From positions 1,098,586 through 1,130,585 of the forward strand of contig LJIE01000001.1 in assembly GCA_001281695.1 (NCBI GenBank): 32,000 bases of DNA, read 5' to 3'. The position numbers and the translations under genes were made by a program. The stretch comes from a bacterium 336/3 (GTDB lineage: Bacteria > Bacteroidota > Bacteroidia > Cytophagales > Thermonemataceae). Below are positions 28,201 through 32,000 of this stretch, piece after piece. Position 1 is the stretch's first letter. Every line of letters begins with the position of its first letter. Below the pieces are notes generated by a model, which made no database searches, was not told where the DNA came from, and worked only from the letters and a program-made list of their open reading frames with translations.

Positions 28201-28752
28201 CAAGAAATATAAAAAAAGCCCTGCTATGTAAATAATCATTTTGTTTTTGGAAATAGCTCCCAAGCAACCCATAACTGCCAAACAAAATAGAATATTGGGA
28301 ATAACAATCACCAAAAAAGGCTGAATGTAGTACCAAAAGTCAAAATTTCCGTAAATGTGTGTGGCTTTGCGTAAGAACTGATGCCCAAACATGATTCCTA
28401 CCACAAATAATAAAAAATGTAAAAAACTAATTTGAAAAATAGTCATCAAACGACTGGTAAGATAATGTTGCTTTTTTAAAGGTGTGGCATACAAAATCAA
28501 ATCAAAATGATAATCTTTTTCTCTAAATAAACTTTGTGCAGCCAAAATAGCTACTACAAAAATACTTGTCAGAGAAAATAAACCTAATAGATATGTGAGT
28601 ACAAAAGGTGAGTTTTTATTTGTATTTGCCCAAGGGAAATTTGCAAATGAGGCAACCATGATACCTAAGCCAAAAAATAGAGCAAGAGAAACATACAAAG
28701 CCTTTTTCTTACTGAAAAAAAGCCAATCAAATAACAAAATATCTTTAAGCAT
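25249..28752 (-). CDS. Fusion protein: ABC-2-type permease-like membrane region (~13 TM) plus C-terminal M1-family zinc metallopeptidase domain (1167 aa)
   Basis: The first ~620 aa form two blocks of hydrophobic helices. The C-terminal ~550 aa carry the gluzincin site HELSH (25981-25995, minus strand) and a third-ligand helix KILTETLAMY aligned to the canonical M1 WLNEGFASY. I chose the start at ATG 28752 (MLKDILLFDW...), which overlaps the upstream ABC ATPase stop by 8 nt (ATGCTTAA). The ATG at 28788 remains possible. Confidence 0.85.
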   Translation of the reverse strand: MLKDILLFDWLFFSKKKALYVSLALFFGLGIMVASFANFPWANTNKNSPFVLTYLLGLFSLTSIFVVAILAAQSLFREKDYHFDLILYATPLKKQHYLTSRLMTIFQISFLHFLLFVVGIMFGHQFLRKATHIYGNFDFWYYIQPFLVIVIPNILFCLAVMGCLGAISKNKMIIYIAGLFLYFLYWGIAIFTNSPLVAGNQPVSAEAMSLSAKLDPFGVSAFLEQTRYWSAQNRNSQVLVLEGNFLINRVLYLLVSLGLIWFTYKKSNFTIYHKKQKNNQKLTKEINTLSLVYTPISTRISSIRYALQSILSIIKIDFFSILKSLPFVLFISGWLIFISIEIFSGLNGSSRMPEQFATTHLLVNEILDTFPDIAVILLLFYGSEIFWKSKTFRFQDIEISTPISKFSITIAKWAVLVLIGFVLIVFNIFLCLFFQIAFKHFIFNWGLYFSLFYVIGLPLTLFSSIIILLQKLFKSKYVALVIGFFIHALMNTNIGKIIGLKHPLLKFTKSLQGKYSDMTGFGAYLDAFHVKMLFGVLFMISVCLLWYLFFPLKSLKKSRFGYLCLFMFVLSTATIGIFIAKETHLQTTQEINDWKQAYELEYRKYEKMRLPTITDVKTQINLFPEQNRYQVSGTYILVNKQNTPLKEILVYLDKSIQWKSVSIEKGKIAKKDNKFGHEFYTLFTPLAPNDSLKMHFTFEYGWSAFTGHTSFNSILENGSFMRISNYFPRLGYQADNEITNLQERKYRKLPSTTPLMPLENPSQSPFDYEFINLETIISTSKNQTAIGVGEFVESWQKNDRNYFKYKTTSPTPFRFAVASASYQLKKTMYHGIAIEAYYHPSHYQNIDYLLKIATQTLDYCEANFGKYPFKSIRFIEISSFVQGFAGTAYPNSFFIPENFGLQSKIEANPDKDIINELVSHELSHTWWGNSQISPPRQQGSKILTETLAMYTELMLYKQTYGEERLINRVNIHKDIYLGDRGLGGDEPLYTSHPNRVFLCYDKGMIVMYQLYKLIGEKNMNLALKSLLEKHAFPHEPPTTLNLIEELKTISNTSIHAKIDELFKTITTYDLSIQFVSAIQKDKKYLLSFETEAKKYIENIDGSRQNMPFNEPIEIQINFQDGTNEYFTLEPHQLKTSLELSKKPTRIILDPKLRFIDISEENNEKSIH

Positions 28753-29629
28753 ATTGTTTAGTATGAAGGAGTTGAGAAAAATAAACATCTTCTAAATCGG
28801 GATATTTAGGAACAAATCCATTATTTGGATTGCTTTCTGAATAAATATGAATTTTCAGTTTGCCAGAATGGAGTTGTGAAGAAATTACCTGATAGTTTTG
28901 TTCATAAATAGGGCGTTCTTTTTTATCAATTTGTTTTTCCCAAATACAATTTTCGAGTTTTTCAATGAAATACTGGGGTTTTCCACAGACTTGTACAACC
29001 CCTTTGTGGATAATAGCCATCTGTGAACACAAATTCTTCACATCTTCTACAATGTGTGTGGATAAGATGACGATTACTTGTTCGCCAATTTCACTTAAAA
29101 GATTATTGAAACGATTTCTTTCTTCAGGGTCTAAGCCTGCTGTAGGCTCATCTACAATAATAATTTGAGGATTTCCCAAAAGAGCTTGAGCAATACCAAA
29201 TCTTTGACGCATACCACCAGAAAAAGTACTTACAGCTTTGTTTCGGTGTTCATACAAATTGGTTTTTTCAAGAAGAGCTAAAATTTGGTTTTTTCTTTCA
29301 GAAATAGATGCTATGCCTTTTAAAATGGCTAAATGTTCAAGTAAATAAAAAGCTGAAATATTGGGATATACCCCAAAATCTTGGGGTAAATATCCCAAAT
29401 GTTGCTTGATATAGAGAGGGTTTTCTATAATATTGACACTATTAAACAAAATTTCGCCTGTATCAGGTATTTGTAAACCAGCAATAGTTCGCATTAGCGT
29501 AGATTTTCCTGCACCATTTGCTCCTAAAAGCCCAAACATACCATTTTGTATTTCTAAAGAAATATCTTGCATGGCTTTTACTCCATTTGAGTAAGTTTTA
29601 GAGATGTTTTTGATTTCTAGTTGATTCAT
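28745..29629 (-). CDS. ABC transporter ATP-binding protein
   Basis: Walker A GANGAGKST, Q-loop LPQD, signature FSGGMRQR, Walker B IIIVDEPTAGLD and H-loop STH. A ~80-aa C-terminal extension is typical of ABC-2 partner ATPases. Confidence 0.92.
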   Translation of the reverse strand: MNQLEIKNISKTYSNGVKAMQDISLEIQNGMFGLLGANGAGKSTLMRTIAGLQIPDTGEILFNSVNIIENPLYIKQHLGYLPQDFGVYPNISAFYLLEHLAILKGIASISERKNQILALLEKTNLYEHRNKAVSTFSGGMRQRFGIAQALLGNPQIIIVDEPTAGLDPEERNRFNNLLSEIGEQVIVILSTHIVEDVKNLCSQMAIIHKGVVQVCGKPQYFIEKLENCIWEKQIDKKERPIYEQNYQVISSQLHSGKLKIHIYSESNPNNGFVPKYPDLEDVYFSQLLHTKQYA

Positions 29630-29719
29630 GAAAAACAGTTTTTAGTTAAGACAATGGACTTCTAATCACCCATTTTTGGGTGTTTTTATATATAAAAATG
29701 AATAAGATGTGTAGCTCTT

Positions 29720-29926
29720 TTAGTCGGGCTTGTACTCTAAAATATCACCTGGCTGGCAATCAAGGGCTTTACAAATAGCCTCTAGAGTGTCAAAACGAAT
29801 ACCTTTTGCTTTACCAGTTTTTAAAATAGACAAATTGGCTGGGGTAATTTCAAGTATTTCTGCCAATTCTTTTGATTGCATTTTACGTTTGGCAAGCATC
29901 ACATCTACATTAACTATAATTGGCAT
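29720..29926 (-). CDS. Small XRE/Cro-type helix-turn-helix transcriptional regulator (YozG-like, 68 aa)
   Basis: MLAKRKMQSKELAEILEITPANLSILKTGKAKGIRFDTLEAICKALDCQPGDILEY is the characteristic YozG-type HTH sequence. Confidence 0.85.
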   Translation of the reverse strand: MPIIVNVDVMLAKRKMQSKELAEILEITPANLSILKTGKAKGIRFDTLEAICKALDCQPGDILEYKPD

Positions 29927-29928
29927 GG

Positions 29929-30444
29929 TTATATAAATAAGTCTTGTTCTTTTTGAAGATTTAAACCTTGTCTAAAAATAGTAGCTAAGAAATAAGCAAA
30001 TATACCTAATACAAAGTGTAATAAAATGAGTATTTCCGTTGGATCTTCTACTTTTGTAAAGATACTTGTAATAAGAGCTGTAAGGCTTGGGAGTATCAAA
30101 TTTCCCAAATAAAACCATTTGAGCTGTTTTACACCATACTCTGTAAAAAGTTTTGGCTGAAAAAACACTTTAAAAACATTGCTTACAAGCAAGAAAAACA
30201 GTCCATACAAACTAATAGGTACTAAAAAATAGAAAAAAATATACTCTGTATAATACTCTCCAAGTAAAAAAGGCTTGTTTGTAAAAGGAAAACATACCTG
30301 AAAATACTTGCCATTGTCCTTAATATTTAATGACCATTTGGTTGATAAGGCAATGACAGAATGTAAGGACATGGCAAAATAGAGAATTGCCAAAAACCTT
30401 GTGACATAGAATAAAATTTTAGAAATGATTTTGACTGAATTCAT
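29929..30444 (-). CDS. Small 4-TM membrane protein, DUF2975-like
   Basis: 171 aa with about four hydrophobic helices. Its stop lies 2 nt before the HTH start codon. A membrane protein paired with a YozG-like HTH is the recurrent DUF2975 context as I recall it. The assignment rests on context and topology, not on motifs. Confidence 0.55.
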   Translation of the reverse strand: MNSVKIISKILFYVTRFLAILYFAMSLHSVIALSTKWSLNIKDNGKYFQVCFPFTNKPFLLGEYYTEYIFFYFLVPISLYGLFFLLVSNVFKVFFQPKLFTEYGVKQLKWFYLGNLILPSLTALITSIFTKVEDPTEILILLHFVLGIFAYFLATIFRQGLNLQKEQDLFI

Positions 30445-30470
30445 ACAATATTAAGTTTAAATAATTATCG

Positions 30471-30478
30471 CAAAAGTA
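30471..30478 (-). promoter_or_regulatory. Candidate -7 box (TACTTTTG on the minus strand) for the DUF2975/HTH/ABC gene run
   Basis: Plus-strand CAAAAGTA is the reverse complement of TAnnTTTG, 27 nt upstream of the ATG at 30444. Confidence 0.45.
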
Positions 30479-30581
30479 ATAGTAATTATTGTAAAACAAT
30501 AATTATTTATCAAAATATTTAATTGTGGTTGTCTCGGAAATCAAATATTTAAAAATATTCTTAGAAATTCATTTTGAATTT

Positions 30582-30594
30582 TGAACATTGTTCA
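30582..30594. promoter_or_regulatory. Candidate TetR operator, copy 1 (TGAACATTGTTCA)
   Basis: Perfect 5-3-5 palindrome, extendable to TTGAACATTGTTCAA, ending one base before the tetR -7 box. A near-identical copy sits at 31265-31277. Confidence 0.5.
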
Positions 30595-30595
30595 A

Positions 30596-30603
30596 TAAGT
30601 TTG
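30596..30603 (+). promoter_or_regulatory. Candidate -7 box (TAAGTTTG) for the TetR gene
   Basis: Exact TAnnTTTG match 22 nt upstream of the ATG at 30625. A TTTG at 30573-30576 sits at a plausible -33 distance. Confidence 0.5.
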
Positions 30604-30624
30604 TAACGATATAATAAATGATGT

Positions 30625-31245
30625 ATGGGAACTGCTGAAAGAAAAGCTAAAGAGAAAGAAGAGTTGAAGCACCTTATTTTAGAGGGAGCAAAGAAGCTCT
30701 TTGCTGAAAGGGGCATAGAGCATACAACTATTAGAAATATTGCCAACGAAATCAATTATAGTGTAGGGACAGTATATGTTTATTATAAAGATAAAAACGA
30801 TATACTTCACGCTTTACACATGCAAGGTTTTTCAATGCTTGGTTCTCGTTTTAAAGTGCTTTTTTCTGTTGAAAATCCTATGGAACGCCTGAAGGCTATG
30901 GGCAAAGAATACATTCGTTTTGCTTTGGAAAGCCCTGAAATGTACGATTTGATGTTCAACCTCAGAGCCCCTATCGAGTTTTTGGATGCTATGCAATCTG
31001 ATGAATGGAATGAAGGCAGAGCAACATTTTTTATATTAAAAAATACAGTAATGGCTTGTATGGAACAAGGGCATTTTAAAGGTTTACAAGATGCAGAGGC
31101 TATTTCTTTTATGATTTGGAGTACAGTACATGGTATGTGTAGCCTTGAAATCAGAGGAAGGTGCAAAGGGGTAGCTTTTGAAAATCCTGAAACAATTGTA
31201 GAAAGAGGCTATGCCATCATGCTAAAAATGATTGATAGTATCTAA
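30625..31245 (+). CDS. TetR/AcrR-family transcriptional regulator
   Basis: The N-terminal HTH is ILEGAKKLFAERGIEHTTIRNIANEINYSVGTVYVYYKDKNDIL. It is 206 aa with an all-helical C-terminal ligand domain. Confidence 0.9.
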   Translation: MGTAERKAKEKEELKHLILEGAKKLFAERGIEHTTIRNIANEINYSVGTVYVYYKDKNDILHALHMQGFSMLGSRFKVLFSVENPMERLKAMGKEYIRFALESPEMYDLMFNLRAPIEFLDAMQSDEWNEGRATFFILKNTVMACMEQGHFKGLQDAEAISFMIWSTVHGMCSLEIRGRCKGVAFENPETIVERGYAIMLKMIDSI

Positions 31246-31264
31246 ATTTTTTTTACACCTATAA

Positions 31265-31277
31265 TGAACATCGTTCA
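31265..31277. promoter_or_regulatory. Candidate TetR operator, copy 2 (TGAACATCGTTCA)
   Basis: Matches copy 1 at 12 of 13 positions and keeps the same palindromic arms TGAAC/GTTCA. It lies 20 nt upstream of the TolC-like ATG. Confidence 0.45.
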
Positions 31278-31297
31278 AAATTAAAATAAAGTTCAAT

Positions 31298-32000
31298 ATG
31301 AAAAAAACGCTATTCTTATGTTGCTTATGGATACTAACGAGTTTGGTATCAGCACAAACCAAACTCAATGAATATATTTTGGAAGGTTTGAAGAGTAATG
31401 AAATGCTCAATCAAAGAAAAATCTCTTTAGAGAGAAGTCTATGGGCATTGAAAGAGGCAAAAAACTTGTATTCTCCAAGTATTACGTTTGGAGCCAATTA
31501 TTACAGAGCAGATGGAGGTAGAACTGTTGACTTTCCTATAGGGGATTTGTTGAACCCTGTTTACCAAACACTTAATCAGCTTACAGGAAGTGATAGATTT
31601 CCACAATTAGAAAATCAGAGTATTTTACTCAATCCTAATGATTTTTATGATGCTCGTTTCAGAGTCAGTATGCCACTGATTAATGCAGAAATACAACACA
31701 ATAAAAGAATTAAACAATATCAGTACGATTTACAAAAAACAGAGATTTCTATTTATCAAAGAGAACTTATCAAAGATGTAAAGAAAGCGTATTTTCAGTA
31801 TTTACAAGCAACTAAAGCCATTGAAATTTATGAAAATGCTCAAAAAATAGTTGCTGAAAGCAATAGAGTCAATAAATCGTTGTTTAACAACCAAAAAGTA
31901 AACAGAACTGTTGTAACTCGTAGCGAAAACGAACTTACGAAAATAGAATCGCAGATTAAAGTAGCTCAAGAAAATCAGAAAAATGCTCAAGCTTATTTTA
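31298..32000 (+). CDS. TolC-family outer-membrane efflux protein, 5' part (runs off the window edge)
   Basis: This gene is absent from the ORF track because it has no stop in the window. My translation from ATG 31298 is MKKTLFLCCLWILTSLVSAQTKLNEYILEGLKSNEMLNQRKISLERSLWALKEAKNLYSPSITFGANYY...KAYFQYLQATKAIEIYENAQKIVAESNRVNKSLF... It has a signal peptide plus OEP-type coiled-coil repeats and follows a TetR gene. Confidence 0.8.
   Translation, partial: MKKTLFLCCLWILTSLVSAQTKLNEYILEGLKSNEMLNQRKISLERSLWALKEAKNLYSPSITFGANYYRADGGRTVDFPIGDLLNPVYQTLNQLTGSDRFPQLENQSILLNPNDFYDARFRVSMPLINAEIQHNKRIKQYQYDLQKTEISIYQRELIKDVKKAYFQYLQATKAIEIYENAQKIVAESNRVNKSLFNNQKVNRTVVTRSENELTKIESQIKVAQENQKNAQAYF

Noticed and set aside
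29667-29682. Hairpin CACCCA-TTTT-TGGGTG in the gap between the HTH and ABC ATPase genes, considered as a terminator
   Set aside because: The T-run follows the hairpin only on the plus strand, while both flanking genes are on the minus strand. The stem is only 6 bp. It is not convincing as a minus-strand terminator.
30461-30506. Three TAATTAT cores (30462-30468, 30483-30489, 30500-30506) upstream of the DUF2975/HTH genes, considered as operator sites
   Set aside because: The motif is a short all-A/T palindrome in an A/T-only intergenic region. The spacing is irregular (21 and 17 bp). Chance occurrence cannot be excluded without comparative data.
1-32000. Scan for tRNA/rRNA genes, IS elements, integrases, inverted terminal repeats or abrupt compositional islands
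   Set aside because: Intergenic regions are short (at most about 300 bp) and A/T-rich with no cloverleaf-capable GC-rich segments. No transposase or integrase-like ORF was found, and there are no long direct or inverted repeats flanking any gene block. Composition looks uniform by eye; I did not compute it.

Overview
This is a visibly AT-rich chromosomal segment with Bacteroidota hallmarks. Three proteins end in type-A T9SS C-terminal sorting domains, several genes are preceded by TAnnTTTG -7 promoter boxes, and there is a CarboxypepD_reg-type TonB-dependent receptor. I support about 21 protein-coding genes, one of them open at the right edge. I saw no rRNA, tRNA, CRISPR, transposase, integrase or prophage signal. 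Gene order, left to right: hmgA (-), a TonB-family protein (+), a hypothetical protein (-), and a 1129-aa TonB-dependent receptor (-). Divergent from the receptor is a same-strand run of three signal-peptide/T9SS-CTD proteins: an Endonuclease I family nuclease, a 1156-aa non-catalytic repeat protein carrying an OB-like module, and a two-HKD PLD-superfamily nuclease. Two small lipocalin-like lipoproteins follow. Next come eukaryote-like class Ia nrdA without nrdB, a COG4892 cytochrome-b5-like protein, a polytopic membrane protein, a MoxR AAA+ ATPase and a 1246-aa orphan NtrY-like sensor kinase. On the minus strand there is a four-gene run: DUF2975, a YozG-like HTH, an ABC ATPase, and an ABC-2 permease fused to an M1 zinc peptidase. 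The window ends with TetR and the start of a TolC-like efflux gene. The most interesting candidate is the T9SS nuclease cluster with its flanking receptor, which I read as a PUL-like extracellular nucleic-acid capture and degradation locus. The second is the ABC ATPase plus permease::M1-peptidase module with its HTH/DUF2975 partners. All family assignments come from motif recognition by eye, not from searches.
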